A program made the position numbers and the translations under genes. From Acidobacteriota bacterium (GTDB taxonomy: Bacteria > Acidobacteriota > Thermoanaerobaculia > Multivoradales > Multivoraceae), in contig JAPPFP010000023.1 in NCBI GenBank assembly GCA_028877275.1, forward strand, positions 7,622 through 71,621: a stretch of DNA of 64,000 nucleotides, written 5' to 3'. Under the pieces are notes generated by a model. It saw nothing but the letters and a program-made list of their open reading frames with translations, ran no database searches and was not told where the DNA came from. Of the stretch, positions 37,880-48,145 are shown one piece after another (within the stretch, counting starts at the first letter, position 1; every line of letters starts with the position of its first letter).

Positions 37880-39076
37880 TCAGAAGTAGTCCGGCATGGA
37901 CGGCGGTTCGGCCGCGAAGACCCGGTCCGCCTGTTCCAGCGCGGCGTCCGATCCCCGGACGGACTGCATGGCCGCGAGGCGGCGGGCACTCAGGTGACCG
38001 GTGTAGAGAGAGCCGAGCGCGCGGATGTCCATCCTCAGCGTGTCGGGCCCCGCATCCTGATCGGCCCGGCTCGCCCTGGCGTTGCCGCCGTCGACCTCGA
38101 TCAGCCACCGACCGGCGTTTCCGGGCAGGACGTCGTCCGTCAGTTCCAGGTCGAGCCTCGCGCTCGCGGCCGCGGGAAAGCCGCGTTCGGCGAACGCCGC
38201 CCGGACGTCGACGATGCGGAGCATCCAGGTCTCGGCGATGGAGATCTCGGTCCCGACCTCCGGCACGGCGAGGAGCAGCGGGTCGTCCAGCGGCCCGTAC
38301 CAGATCGCGTGCCGGGCCAGGGTCCGGCAGTCCGAGAACAGGGCAAGGATGCGCCGGGCCGCGCCGGGATGCGCCACCTGAACGTCGCGGACGTTGAGGT
38401 CATACGGATAGCGGCCCACCGCGCCCAGCGTGTAGACGACGTAACCGTCGATGGCGCCGTCATCCCCGGGCAGCACGTAGCCATGCACGTCGCGGCCGGC
38501 CGGGTGGTTGTGGACACGCTGCCAGATGTGTTCGTTGCGGTCGAGCCAGCCGGGGCGGTCGGCGGCCAGCCGCCGGTAGAGCCGCGCGAGCCCGTCGGCG
38601 TCGGTTTCCCGGTCGAGCCGGCGGAGTTCCCCGCCCGCCTGGATTCGCCCCAGTCCGGCGAGCGGCAGCCGGTACTGGTAGCGGTGGCCGGCAACCGCGT
38701 AGCCGGCGCGGCCGTACAGGGTGAAGGTCGTGGGGTAGAGGGTCGACACCGCCACGCCGGCGTCGTGCATGTCCTTCAGGGTGGCCGCCATCAGGGACTT
38801 CGCGGCGCCGCGGCCGCGGGCCGTGGGACTGATGGCGACCCCGGCGATGCCGATGTTGCGGACCGACCGGCCCCCCAGGAACAGACCCATGTCGTACTGG
38901 ACCAGCCCTCCGACGACATCACTGCCGGCCCGCACGACACGCACGTGGTCCCGTGTCGCCTGCAGCCAGGAGACACACGAGTCGTACGGGGTGTTGAAGG
39001 CCAGCGCCTCCTGGCGGGCCAGCGCCTCCAGGTCGGCGGTGGTCTGGATCGGGCCGAAGTCGAGGCGCTGCGTCAC
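37880..39076 (-). CDS. Eis-like GNAT acetyltransferase with SCP2-like C-terminal domain
   Basis: IAGVAISPTARGRG, STLYPT..LY.RAGY, WMLRIVDV..A...RG, ends MPDYF. Confidence 0.85.
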   Translation of the reverse strand: MTQRLDFGPIQTTADLEALARQEALAFNTPYDSCVSWLQATRDHVRVVRAGSDVVGGLVQYDMGLFLGGRSVRNIGIAGVAISPTARGRGAAKSLMAATLKDMHDAGVAVSTLYPTTFTLYGRAGYAVAGHRYQYRLPLAGLGRIQAGGELRRLDRETDADGLARLYRRLAADRPGWLDRNEHIWQRVHNHPAGRDVHGYVLPGDDGAIDGYVVYTLGAVGRYPYDLNVRDVQVAHPGAARRILALFSDCRTLARHAIWYGPLDDPLLLAVPEVGTEISIAETWMLRIVDVRAAFAERGFPAAASARLDLELTDDVLPGNAGRWLIEVDGGNARASRADQDAGPDTLRMDIRALGSLYTGHLSARRLAAMQSVRGSDAALEQADRVFAAEPPSMPDYF

Positions 39077-39186
39077 GGGGCCGGAGTCTACTTGTCCGGT
39101 TCCGTCGGGCCTTGCGTCGGCCTGAGCGCATCGGTCAGGATCTCGCTCGTCCCGGCGTCGGGCGCCTGTTCGAGGGGTTTCGGAAG

Positions 39187-40149
39187 TTGACTGCAATCGT
39201 CCGGACGGATCGGCTGAGCAAGAGCTACGGCGCGGTGACCGGGCTCGCCGGCGTCAGTTTCGCGTGCGGCGCGGGCGAGGTCGTCGGAGTTCTTGGCCTG
39301 AACGGCGCCGGCAAATCGACGCTGCTGCGGATCCTGGCGGGCGAGCTCCTGCCCAGCGGCGGCAGCGTCTCGATCGGTGGGGTCGAACCGGGAGACGACG
39401 CGCGGGCCATGCGTTCGCGGGTGGGCTATCTGCCCGAGGAGCCGCCGCTCTACCGCGAGATGCGAGTCCGCGACTACCTGGGCTTCGTGGGCGCGCTGAA
39501 CGGAGTGGCGCGCCGGGAGCTCCCCGATCGCGTCGCGGTCGTGGCCGAGCGGGTGCACATAGACGGCCACCTCGACCGGGTGGTCGGCGAGCTGTCGATG
39601 GGCTATCGCAAACGCGTCGGCATCGCCCAGGCGATTCTCCACGAGCCGGATGTCGTCCTGCTCGACGAACCGGTGTCCTCGCTCGACCCGGCCGAGATCG
39701 TCGGCATGCGCGAACTCGTGCGTTCGCTCGGTGGTCGGCGTACCGTGTTCACGTCATCCCACCATCTGCGTGAGGTCCACGAGACCTGCGACTCGATCCT
39801 CGTCCTGCACGAGGGGGAGCTTCTGGCGCACGGCACTCAGGAGGAACTCGGAGTTCTGGCGGGCCGGGAGCGGATCGAGGTCGAGGTGCGGGCAACGGCG
39901 GCGGAGGCGGCCGGCCGGCTTCCGGCGGGCGCCCAAGCGGTTCATTCGGCGGATCTCGGCGGCGGCGTCTCGACGCTGACCCTCGATCTGCGTGGCGCCG
40001 AGCGCGAGGACGTGGCCGCGGCGCTGGTCGGGGCCGGCTTCGGCATCCGGCGGCTGGAGCCGGTGCGCTCCGATCTGGAGCGGGTGTTCCTCGACCTGGT
40101 TCGGGGCGATGGCGGCGCCGCCGGGGCAGGTAGGGAGAACGGGCCGTGA
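39187..40149 (+). CDS. ABC transporter ATP-binding protein (GldA-like)
   Basis: GLNGAGKST, GYLPEEPPLY, LSMGYRKRVGIAQA, LDEP. Start codon approximate. Confidence 0.88.
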   Translation: MTAIVRTDRLSKSYGAVTGLAGVSFACGAGEVVGVLGLNGAGKSTLLRILAGELLPSGGSVSIGGVEPGDDARAMRSRVGYLPEEPPLYREMRVRDYLGFVGALNGVARRELPDRVAVVAERVHIDGHLDRVVGELSMGYRKRVGIAQAILHEPDVVLLDEPVSSLDPAEIVGMRELVRSLGGRRTVFTSSHHLREVHETCDSILVLHEGELLAHGTQEELGVLAGRERIEVEVRATAAEAAGRLPAGAQAVHSADLGGGVSTLTLDLRGAEREDVAAALVGAGFGIRRLEPVRSDLERVFLDLVRGDGGAAGAGRENGP

Positions 40150-40868
40150 GCACGGTCCTGCTGATCGCCCGCCGTGAACTCCGCGCCGCCTTCGCCGGGC
40201 TCTACGGCTGGGCGATCCTGGCCCTGGTCCTGATGCTCGACGGCCTGTTCTTCAACGCCTGGACGCTGGGCAGCCAGCGGCCTTCCTCCGAGGTGCTGAG
40301 CCTCTTCTTCTACACGAACTTCGGCGTCACGATGGCGGCGGCTGTGTTCGTCACGATGCGCTCCTTCGCTGCCGAACGCGAGCAGCGCACCCTGGTGCTC
40401 CTGCTGACCTCGCCCGCCGGGGACTGGCAAGTGGTGCTCGGCAAGTACCTGGGCGCGTTGGGCTTCGTGCTCTGCACCGTGGCCGCCGCGGTCTACATCC
40501 CGGTCATGGTCTGGCTCAAGGGCAACCTGGAGTGGGGGCAGGCCGCGGCCGGCTATCTCGGCATCGCGCTGGCCGCGGCGGTGTGCACCGCGATCGGCAT
40601 CTTCTGTTCGGCCACGGCGCCGAACCAGTTGGCCGCCGGCGTCGCCGGAGGCTTCCTGGTCACGCTCCAGGTGTTGTTCTGGCTGCTCTCCGGGATCAGC
40701 GAGCCTCCCCTGGATGGCGTGTTCGCGGCGATGGACCTCTACCGCGAGCACTTCGAACCGTTCCAGGACGGGGCGGTCCACCTGAAGACCCTGGTCTACG
40801 CGCCGACGGTCTCCTTCCTGTTCCTGCTGCTCAGCGTGCGGGTGCTGCAGGCTCGGAGGTGGCGGTGA
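40146..40868 (+). CDS. ABC-2 permease (GldF-like)
   Basis: IARRELRAAF, TMRSFAAERE..TL.LLLTSP, GKYLG; ends RRWR. Confidence 0.85.
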   Translation: MSTVLLIARRELRAAFAGLYGWAILALVLMLDGLFFNAWTLGSQRPSSEVLSLFFYTNFGVTMAAAVFVTMRSFAAEREQRTLVLLLTSPAGDWQVVLGKYLGALGFVLCTVAAAVYIPVMVWLKGNLEWGQAAAGYLGIALAAAVCTAIGIFCSATAPNQLAAGVAGGFLVTLQVLFWLLSGISEPPLDGVFAAMDLYREHFEPFQDGAVHLKTLVYAPTVSFLFLLLSVRVLQARRWR

Positions 40869-42724
40869 TCGGACTCCGCCGCCTGGCGCCCGTGCTATGG
40901 CTGATCGGTTCCGCCGTGGTCCTCGCGGGAGGACGGTTCGCGGGGCCGGGCGTGCTGCGCGGCCTCCTGCTGGGAGTCGGGACGGGACTGGCCGTTCTGG
41001 TAGTCGCTTCCTGCGCGGCAGAGTTCGCTGCCTCGGCCTCTGGAAGCGCTGGGCGGCTTGCGGCGAAGAAAGCGACGGGTCTGTACGGCCTGGCGGCGGT
41101 GGGTCTGTTCTCGGGTCTGCTGACCGTCTGGGGTGTCATCGGTCAGCCGGCGTTCGACGACGATGGTGCCGGATCCTGGCGGCCGGTGTGGACGGTGGCC
41201 TGGCTACTCGCCTGGTGGGTGGGCACCGCCGGCGCGGTTGGGGGCGACTGGACTCGCTACCGTAGCGGCGGCGACCTGGAAACCCGCCGGGTGCGCGCCG
41301 CGACCGCGGCGGCTCTGAGCCTGGCGCTGGCGGTGGCCTGGGTGTTCGCCGTCAACTACACCGCCGGCGAGCGCGACCGGCTTTGGGAGTGGAGTGTCCG
41401 TAGCCGGGCCCGCGCCTCCGAGGCGACTCTGGAACTCGTCGGCGCCCTGCGGGAGCCGGTCGAAGTCGTTGCGTTCTTTCCTCCGGCGAACCAGGTTCTG
41501 CGACGGATCGAACCGTTCCTCGACGAGGTCGGGGCGGCCGGGCCCGTAGACGTGACGGTGCTCGACCAGGCGCTCGAACCAACCCGTGCGGCGGAGCTCG
41601 GCGCTCGCGAGAACGGCGTCCTGCTCCTTTTGCGTGGGGGCGATCAGCGCAGGATCGAGCTCGATGTGGACTACGAGCGGGCGAAGCGGAGCTTGGGCTC
41701 CCTCGACCGGGAGTTCCAGGAGGCGTTGCTCGAGATCGGCAGGGAACGCCGGACACTGTACGTGACCGCGGGCCACGGCGAGCGGGGCGAGTACGCGAAC
41801 GATGCCGGCGAACCGGGCCTCGGGAACGCGTACGGCATCCTGCGGGCGCTCAACGTCAGCACCCGGAATCTGCCGGTGGCCGACCTGATCCAGGACCTGC
41901 CGCTGGACGCCGGTGTCGTCGCCGCGCTCGGCCCGACGCGGCGCTTCCTGCCCGAGGAGGTCGACAGTCTGCGCCGCTTCTGGACACGCGGCGGCTCGGT
42001 TCTGCTGCTCCTGGAGCCGGAAGTCGACGTCGGTCTCGAGCCGCTGCTCGAGGAGATGGCCGTACGTCGACTCGAAGGCACGGTCGCGAACGACCGCTAC
42101 CACCTGCGGCGGGACGGGGGGCCGAGCGACCGCCGGCTGGTCCTGACCAACCGCTTCGGCAGCCACGCGACGACGAGCGACCTGTCGAGGGCGGCGAGCC
42201 GGATCGGCCTGGTGCTCGAAGGGGCCGCCGGACTCGAGGGCGTGGCCGGCGGTCCGGCCCGGTCGGCCGTTCTGGTGCGCCCGATGACCGGCAGCTGGCT
42301 GGAGCTCGACGGCGACTTCGAGCGCGACCGCGAGGCGGAACCGGACGCGATCGAGGCCCTGGCGATGGCGTCGACCCTGCCGGTGGAGAGTGCAGGTGAA
42401 GGCGGCGAGAGCCGGGCCGTCGTCATCGGCGACGTCGACGCGCTGAACGACGACTACGTCTACGTCACGGGTCCCGGCGCGATGTCGGCCAACGCCAAGC
42501 TCCTGCTCGACGCGTACGTGTGGCTGGCCCGGGAGGATGAAACGGCGGTCGCGAGCGTTCCGGGCGACGATGATCCCGTGCTGCAGCGGACGCGCGGCGA
42601 GTCGATCCGCTGGTTCCTCGGGACCGTCTTCGGAGTACCCGCCCTGGTCCTGGCAACGGGCTTCGGGTACGTCCGTCGCCGCCGTTCGGGCGGCTGGCGA
42701 CGGGCTGCGGGGGAGGGATCGTGA
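40865..42724 (+). CDS. GldG-like ABC auxiliary protein
   Basis: GTGA overlap; N-terminal TM helices; GHGE; C-terminal TM followed by RRRR. Confidence 0.75.
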   Translation: MIGLRRLAPVLWLIGSAVVLAGGRFAGPGVLRGLLLGVGTGLAVLVVASCAAEFAASASGSAGRLAAKKATGLYGLAAVGLFSGLLTVWGVIGQPAFDDDGAGSWRPVWTVAWLLAWWVGTAGAVGGDWTRYRSGGDLETRRVRAATAAALSLALAVAWVFAVNYTAGERDRLWEWSVRSRARASEATLELVGALREPVEVVAFFPPANQVLRRIEPFLDEVGAAGPVDVTVLDQALEPTRAAELGARENGVLLLLRGGDQRRIELDVDYERAKRSLGSLDREFQEALLEIGRERRTLYVTAGHGERGEYANDAGEPGLGNAYGILRALNVSTRNLPVADLIQDLPLDAGVVAALGPTRRFLPEEVDSLRRFWTRGGSVLLLLEPEVDVGLEPLLEEMAVRRLEGTVANDRYHLRRDGGPSDRRLVLTNRFGSHATTSDLSRAASRIGLVLEGAAGLEGVAGGPARSAVLVRPMTGSWLELDGDFERDREAEPDAIEALAMASTLPVESAGEGGESRAVVIGDVDALNDDYVYVTGPGAMSANAKLLLDAYVWLAREDETAVASVPGDDDPVLQRTRGESIRWFLGTVFGVPALVLATGFGYVRRRRSGGWRRAAGEGS

Positions 42725-43716
42725 CGAAATCGCCCTGGCGATCGACCTGGCTCCACTTCGCCCTGCTCGTCTTCGCGCTGGCCGGCGCCTGGCTGTCGTT
42801 CGAACGGCCGTTCGCGGACGCGGGTGGCGAGGTCTCCGTGGGCGCGGTCGTCGTTCAGGCGGCGGCGGGAGAGGTGGAACGTGTGGTCTACGAGCGTGGC
42901 GAACAGAGGCTCGAGCTCGAAGCCCGGGAAGACGAGCTGGGTCGCTGGTTCGCCGGCCGCGAGGGCGCCGACACGGTGTTCGTCGGCGGCCGGCAGGTGG
43001 AGACGCTGTGGCGAGGACTGGAGCCGCTGCGGGCGGTGAGGGTGCTGGAAGACGTCGACGGGACGAAGCTCGAGGAACTCGGTCTCAGCGGGAACGAGCC
43101 GCCACCGGAACGCCTGAGCCTCACCGTGCGGGGCCGCGAAGTTCGCTACCGGCTCGGCGGCAGGCCGTTCGGCGGCGCCGATCGCTACGCGCGCCGCGAA
43201 CCCGGGCGGGAGGGCGAGAGTGATGCGGGCGGCACCGTGCTGGTGCTGCCGTCCGAGGTCGCCTCGAGTCTCGGAGGCGGCGCCGAACTGCTGATGGAGA
43301 GGCGCTTGCTGGCCTCGTCGCGTCCCGAGGTGGAGGCCATGTCCCTTCGGCGACCCGGCTCCAACGCGAGCGAACCACTCCGGATCCTCCAGCGAACCGG
43401 TGCGAATCCGGCCGACACCTACTGGACCGTGAGTGGATCGGACGAAGCCGATGCTGACATTGGCACCTGGGTCGACAAGTTCTTCCGCCTCTCGGTCGCC
43501 GCTTACCGGAGCGGCGAGCCCGGCGCCGGCTGGCGGACCGAGGCCGCCGTCACGGTCGAGTCCCGCGAGCACGGCGCGTCGACTCTCGAGATCTGGTCCG
43601 CGCCCGCCGGCGAGGGCCGGGTCTGGCTCGCCCGCTCGCCGTTCACCCGGCTGGTCGTCGAGCTCTCCGCGTCGCTTGCCGAGGAAGTCTGCGCCGACCT
43701 GGACGGCCTGCTCTAG
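42721..43716 (+). CDS. DUF4340-like membrane-anchored protein
   Basis: N-terminal TM; LEELGL motif; usual fourth gene of Gld-like ABC modules. Confidence 0.6.
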   Translation: MTKSPWRSTWLHFALLVFALAGAWLSFERPFADAGGEVSVGAVVVQAAAGEVERVVYERGEQRLELEAREDELGRWFAGREGADTVFVGGRQVETLWRGLEPLRAVRVLEDVDGTKLEELGLSGNEPPPERLSLTVRGREVRYRLGGRPFGGADRYARREPGREGESDAGGTVLVLPSEVASSLGGGAELLMERRLLASSRPEVEAMSLRRPGSNASEPLRILQRTGANPADTYWTVSGSDEADADIGTWVDKFFRLSVAAYRSGEPGAGWRTEAAVTVESREHGASTLEIWSAPAGEGRVWLARSPFTRLVVELSASLAEEVCADLDGLL

Positions 43717-43735
43717 GCGTTACACTGCGCCGCCT

Positions 43736-44572
43736 ATGGACATCGGCATCTTCATGTTTCCCACCGGCGACGCGATGCGGCCCGACGAACTCGGGGCCGA
43801 GGTCGAGGCGCGCGGCTTCGAGTCCTTGTGGTTCCCGGAGCACACCCACATCCCGACTTCCCGGCGGACGCCGTTCCCCGGCGGCGGCGAGTTGCCGCCG
43901 GAGTACTCCCGTTCCCACGACCCGTTCGTCGCGCTGACCGCGGCCGCGATGACCACGAAGACGATCCGGCTTGGCACCGGCATCTGCCTGATCATCGAGC
44001 GCGACACGATCACCACGGCCAAGGCGGTGGCGAGTCTCGACGTGCTCTCCGGCGGCCGCTTCGTGTTCGGCATCGGCGGCGGCTGGAACCGGGAAGAGAT
44101 GGAGCACCACGGCACGGACTACGCGACCCGCTTCGCCAAGCTGGAAGAGCAGGTGGCGGCGTTCAAGACGATCTGGACCGAGGACGAGGCGGAGTTCCAC
44201 GGCCGCCACGTCGACTTCGAGCCGATCTGGTCCTGGCCGAAGCCCGAGCAGAAGCCCCACCCGCCGATCCTGCTCGGCGGCGGCACCGGCTACACTCGTC
44301 AGCGCGTCGTCGATCACTGCGACGGCTGGCTGCCCATCGGCCGCTCGACCGAGGCGGTGCTCGATGGCATCGAGGACCTGAAGGTCCGCGCGGCGCAGGC
44401 CGGACGCGCCATGGACACGATCTCCATCAGCGTCTTCGGCGCGAAGCCCCAGCAGGAGGTGCTCGATGCGTACGCCGAGGCCGGTGTCGGTCGCGTCATC
44501 CTGCTGGTGCATCCGCAGGGCCGCGACCAGACCCTGCCGCGGCTCGACCGCTACGCCGCGTTGCGGGCCTAG
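43736..44572 (+). CDS. LLM-class, probably F420-dependent, oxidoreductase (Rv2161c-like)
   Basis: GFESLWFPEHTHIP, DPFVAL, GGGWNREEM..HG, WPKP.Q.PHPP. Confidence 0.85.
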   Translation: MDIGIFMFPTGDAMRPDELGAEVEARGFESLWFPEHTHIPTSRRTPFPGGGELPPEYSRSHDPFVALTAAAMTTKTIRLGTGICLIIERDTITTAKAVASLDVLSGGRFVFGIGGGWNREEMEHHGTDYATRFAKLEEQVAAFKTIWTEDEAEFHGRHVDFEPIWSWPKPEQKPHPPILLGGGTGYTRQRVVDHCDGWLPIGRSTEAVLDGIEDLKVRAAQAGRAMDTISISVFGAKPQQEVLDAYAEAGVGRVILLVHPQGRDQTLPRLDRYAALRA

Positions 44573-45720
44573 AGGTCGGCGCCGGTCTCCGACACGAGCA
44601 GATCGACGACTTCCCGCAGGGCCTCCTCCTTGCTCGCCCCCTCGACGAGTCGAAGCCGGTAGAGGTCGAGCTGCCGGTCGGCGCTCGACCCCTCGCGCAC
44701 GACCTTCAGGCAGTGCCGGAGTTCCTGATCGCAGCCGAGGGAGCGGGCGTCCTCGGCGAGTTCGTCGACGAGTTCCTGCAGTTGGTCGGCGATGTCGATG
44801 CGGCCGCCGCGCCGGGTGTCGCCCAGGAAGGCCAGCATGCCGTAACGCTGCGCGAGCCACTTGTTCTCGACGATGATCTCGGTCGGCGGCTCGGCAGGAA
44901 GGGCGCCCTCGCGGTCGCGCCGCGCCAGCATCCTGATGAGGGACGCGTAGAGGGCGACGATGCACATCGCGTCCTCGATCGCCGGACAGGTGTCGCAGAT
45001 CCGCAGTTCGACCGTGGGGAACTTGTGGGAGGGCCGGATGTCCCACCAGATCTCGCTGCCGTCGGCAATGAACGCCATGCGCTGGTACTCGCCGAGCAGC
45101 GCCTCGTACTCGGCGCGCGAAGCGAGCGGTCCGGGAATGCTGGTCCGGGGCATCGCCTCGAAGAGATTCAGCCGGTTGCACTTGAACCCCGACTCGCGGC
45201 CCTCGCCGAACGGCGACGAGGCGGAGAGCCCGATGAAAAGGGGCAGGTAGCGGCGGAGCGCGGTCATGACCCGTATCCGGGTGTCGAAGTCGCCGAAACC
45301 GGCATGCACGTGCATGCCGCAGATGACCAGGCGACGCACCGTCTCCTGGTAGGTCGAGGCGAACTGCCGGTAACGGTCCTTCGGCGTGGGCAGTTGGGCC
45401 TCCCAGGCCGCGAAGGGATGGGCCGAAGCGCCGATCACCGCCGCGCCGTGCGCTCGTGCCGCCTCGACGACGAGCCGGCGGGCCGCCTTCAGACCCTCGC
45501 GCACTCCGGCCACGGAGTCGTGGACGGCGGTGTTCGTTTCGATCTGGGAGCGAAGGAACTCGTGGACGATCTTCTGGCCGCCCGCGGCTTCGCCGCAGGC
45601 TTTGAAGATGGCGGGGTCGGGGTTGTTCAGGAGATCGCGCGAGTCGGGGTCGACGAGGAACAGTTCCTCTTCGACGCCAAGCGTGATCGTGACGTTGTCG
45701 GCGTTGGGGGAGGAACTCAT
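44569..45720 (-). CDS. YbdK-family carboxylate-amine ligase (glutamate-cysteine ligase 2)
   Basis: TLGVEEELFLVD, CGMHVHAG, SASSPF, IWWDIRPS..FPTVELRICD. Confidence 0.9.
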   Translation of the reverse strand: MSSSPNADNVTITLGVEEELFLVDPDSRDLLNNPDPAIFKACGEAAGGQKIVHEFLRSQIETNTAVHDSVAGVREGLKAARRLVVEAARAHGAAVIGASAHPFAAWEAQLPTPKDRYRQFASTYQETVRRLVICGMHVHAGFGDFDTRIRVMTALRRYLPLFIGLSASSPFGEGRESGFKCNRLNLFEAMPRTSIPGPLASRAEYEALLGEYQRMAFIADGSEIWWDIRPSHKFPTVELRICDTCPAIEDAMCIVALYASLIRMLARRDREGALPAEPPTEIIVENKWLAQRYGMLAFLGDTRRGGRIDIADQLQELVDELAEDARSLGCDQELRHCLKVVREGSSADRQLDLYRLRLVEGASKEEALREVVDLLVSETGADL

Positions 45721-45756
45721 GGCCGGCGAACTCTACGCCGTTTCCTCCCGGCGGTC

Positions 45757-46974
45757 CTAGTAGTGGAGCTCTTCGCCCTCCGACTTCGCGATCACCGCCG
45801 CGCCGATGGAGTCGGACGTGATGTTGACCATCGTTCGGTACATGTCGAGCGGGCGGTCGACGCTGAGCATCAGGCCGGCGAGGGCGTAGGCCTCGGGCGT
45901 CGTCAGGTCGATCGCCTCGAGCACGATGAAGATCATCACCAGGCCAGCCGAGGGAATCGCGGCGGCGCCGACGGAGGCCAGCAGAGCGGTCAGCACGACG
46001 ACCACCTGGGTGGCCAGCGAGAGCTCGACACCGAGGGCCTGGGCGATGAAGAGCGCGCCGACGATCTCCAGGAGAGCGGTGCCGTCCATGTTGACGGTCG
46101 CGCCCATCGGCGCCACGAAACTCGTCACCCGGTTCGACGCTCCGACTTTCTCGCGCAGGCACTTCATCGTCATCGGCAGGGTGGCCGCCGAGGAACTGGT
46201 CGAGAACGCCATCGCCATGGCCGACGCCATCGCCCGGTAGTGATGGACGGGGTTCTTCCTGGAGAGGAGGCTGAACAGCAGCGGCAGGACGACGAAGACG
46301 TGCAGCGTCAGGCCGACCGCGATCGTGAGGACATACTTGCCGACCTGCTGGAACACGTCGAGTCCCATCTCGCTCACCGCGCGGGCGAGGAGGGCGAAGA
46401 CGCCGATCGGAAGCAGGCGGATGACCCACGTCGTCACCTTCATCATCGCGTCGAAGCCGGCGCTGAAGCCTTGGCGGAGAAGGTCGCCCGCCTTGCCGGT
46501 CATCACTCCGATCGCGGCGCCGAGCACGATCGAGAAGAAGATGAGCCCCAGGATGTCGCCGCCCGCCGCCGCGCCTACCGGGTTGTCCGGAACCAGGCGT
46601 TGGATGATGTCGGCCATCGAGCTGGGTGTCTGCAGGTCCTCGGGAGTGAGGGGCTGCACGCCTTCGGGCATGACGAGGCCTCTGCCGGGTCGTATGCTGT
46701 TGGCGAGCGTGAGTCCGACCAGAATGGCCATGAAACTGCTCAACGCGTACCACAGGAGGGTCTTGCCGCCCAGCCTCCCGATCGACCTTCCGTCGCCGAT
46801 GCCGGACACGCCATGGACGATCGAGGTGAAGATCAGGGGCACGATGACCATCCTGAGCAGGCGCATGAAGAGGTCGGCGATCCAGCCGATCCAGCCCACT
46901 TCGCCGAAGACCAGGGCGAAACAGAGCCCCAGCGCCATTCCGATGAGTACCTGCCAATGAAGTGCGAGTTTCAT
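45757..46974 (-). CDS. Dicarboxylate/amino acid:cation symporter (GltP/DAACS)
   Basis: AFSTSSSAATLP, GATVNMDGT, DMYRTMVNITSD. Confidence 0.92.
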   Translation of the reverse strand: MKLALHWQVLIGMALGLCFALVFGEVGWIGWIADLFMRLLRMVIVPLIFTSIVHGVSGIGDGRSIGRLGGKTLLWYALSSFMAILVGLTLANSIRPGRGLVMPEGVQPLTPEDLQTPSSMADIIQRLVPDNPVGAAAGGDILGLIFFSIVLGAAIGVMTGKAGDLLRQGFSAGFDAMMKVTTWVIRLLPIGVFALLARAVSEMGLDVFQQVGKYVLTIAVGLTLHVFVVLPLLFSLLSRKNPVHHYRAMASAMAMAFSTSSSAATLPMTMKCLREKVGASNRVTSFVAPMGATVNMDGTALLEIVGALFIAQALGVELSLATQVVVVLTALLASVGAAAIPSAGLVMIFIVLEAIDLTTPEAYALAGLMLSVDRPLDMYRTMVNITSDSIGAAVIAKSEGEELHY

Positions 46975-48145
46975 GAGTCGGCAGGGTAGCACGCGCAAAT
47001 CGCGGGTTCGTCGCCCGCTTCGGCGCCGCCCGCGCGTTCTCGCGCTGGCCGCTGTCGTGGTGCTGGCGGGGCTCGCGGCGAGCTGCGGCAGCGTCCGCTA
47101 CTACTCTCAGGCGGTCTGGGGCGGAGCCGATGTCCTGGTGAAGCGGAAACCGATCGACCGCCTGCTCGAATCCGGCCGGGCGCAGGTTCTGTCAGCCGCG
47201 ACGCGGGAACGGCTGCGGCTCAGCCAGGAGATTCGCGACTTCGCCAGCCGGGAACTCGGACTCCCGGACAACCGGAGCTATCGCAGCTATGCCGATCTGG
47301 GCCGGGCCTACCAGGTCTGGAACGTGGTCGCCGCGCCCCGGCTCAGCCTGGAGCCGAAGACCTGGTGCTATCCGTTCGCCGGTTGCGCCGCCTATCGCGG
47401 TTACTTCAACGAGCGCGCGGCGCGGCGCCACGGCGACCGGCTGGCCGCCGGCGGCTACGACGTACGCGTCGGCGGGGTGGCGGCGTACTCGACCCTGGGC
47501 TGGTTCGCCGATCCGGTGCTCAACACGTTTCTCGACTATGCCGAGGCGGACTTCGCGGCCCTGATCTTTCACGAGCTCGCCCACCAGGTCGTCTACGTCA
47601 AGGACGACAGCGCGTTCAACGAGTCCTTCGCGACCGCGGTCGAGGTGGAAGGGGTGCGCCGGTGGCTGCGTTCGCTCGGCCGCGACGAGGAACTCGCCGC
47701 CTTCGAGAGCGCCCGGCGGCGCCGGCGCGACCTGAACGGTTACCTGCTCGAGGCGCGAGCGGAACTCGAGTCGATCTACGGCAGCGACGACAGCGACGAG
47801 CGGAAGCTGGCCCGGAAGGCAGAGCTGTTCCGGTCACTGCCCTCGCGCTACCGGCGGGAACTCGTTCCGGCCTGGCGCGCGGCCGGCGACGACGCGGGCG
47901 GGGAATCCAACCTCGGCGAGTGGCTGTCGCGGCTCAACAATGCGGACCTCGTGGCGGTCGCGACCTACAACGACCTCGTGCCCTCGTTCAGGGCCCTGCT
48001 GGAGGCGTCGGAGGACAGCTTCCCGGCCTTCTACGGGGAAGTGGAGCGGCTGGCGGGGCTGGAACCGGACGATCGGCGCCGCGCCCTCGACGCGCTGGCT
48101 ACTGGCGATCCAGAACCGCCCGCGCCCGGTCCGGGTAGTCAGTGA
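46973..48145 (+). CDS. Putative zinc aminopeptidase lipoprotein
   Basis: Lipobox LAAS-C; AYSTLGWFADP; IFHELAHQ...FNESFA. Start codon uncertain. Confidence 0.85.
   Translation: MSRQGSTRKSRVRRPLRRRPRVLALAAVVVLAGLAASCGSVRYYSQAVWGGADVLVKRKPIDRLLESGRAQVLSAATRERLRLSQEIRDFASRELGLPDNRSYRSYADLGRAYQVWNVVAAPRLSLEPKTWCYPFAGCAAYRGYFNERAARRHGDRLAAGGYDVRVGGVAAYSTLGWFADPVLNTFLDYAEADFAALIFHELAHQVVYVKDDSAFNESFATAVEVEGVRRWLRSLGRDEELAAFESARRRRRDLNGYLLEARAELESIYGSDDSDERKLARKAELFRSLPSRYRRELVPAWRAAGDDAGGESNLGEWLSRLNNADLVAVATYNDLVPSFRALLEASEDSFPAFYGEVERLAGLEPDDRRRALDALATGDPEPPAPGPGSQ

Noticed and set aside
43643-46989. 1104-aa (-) and 1053-aa (+) ORFs
   Set aside because: Off-frame or antisense shadows over the LLM, YbdK and DAACS genes; Arg/Pro-rich with no domains.
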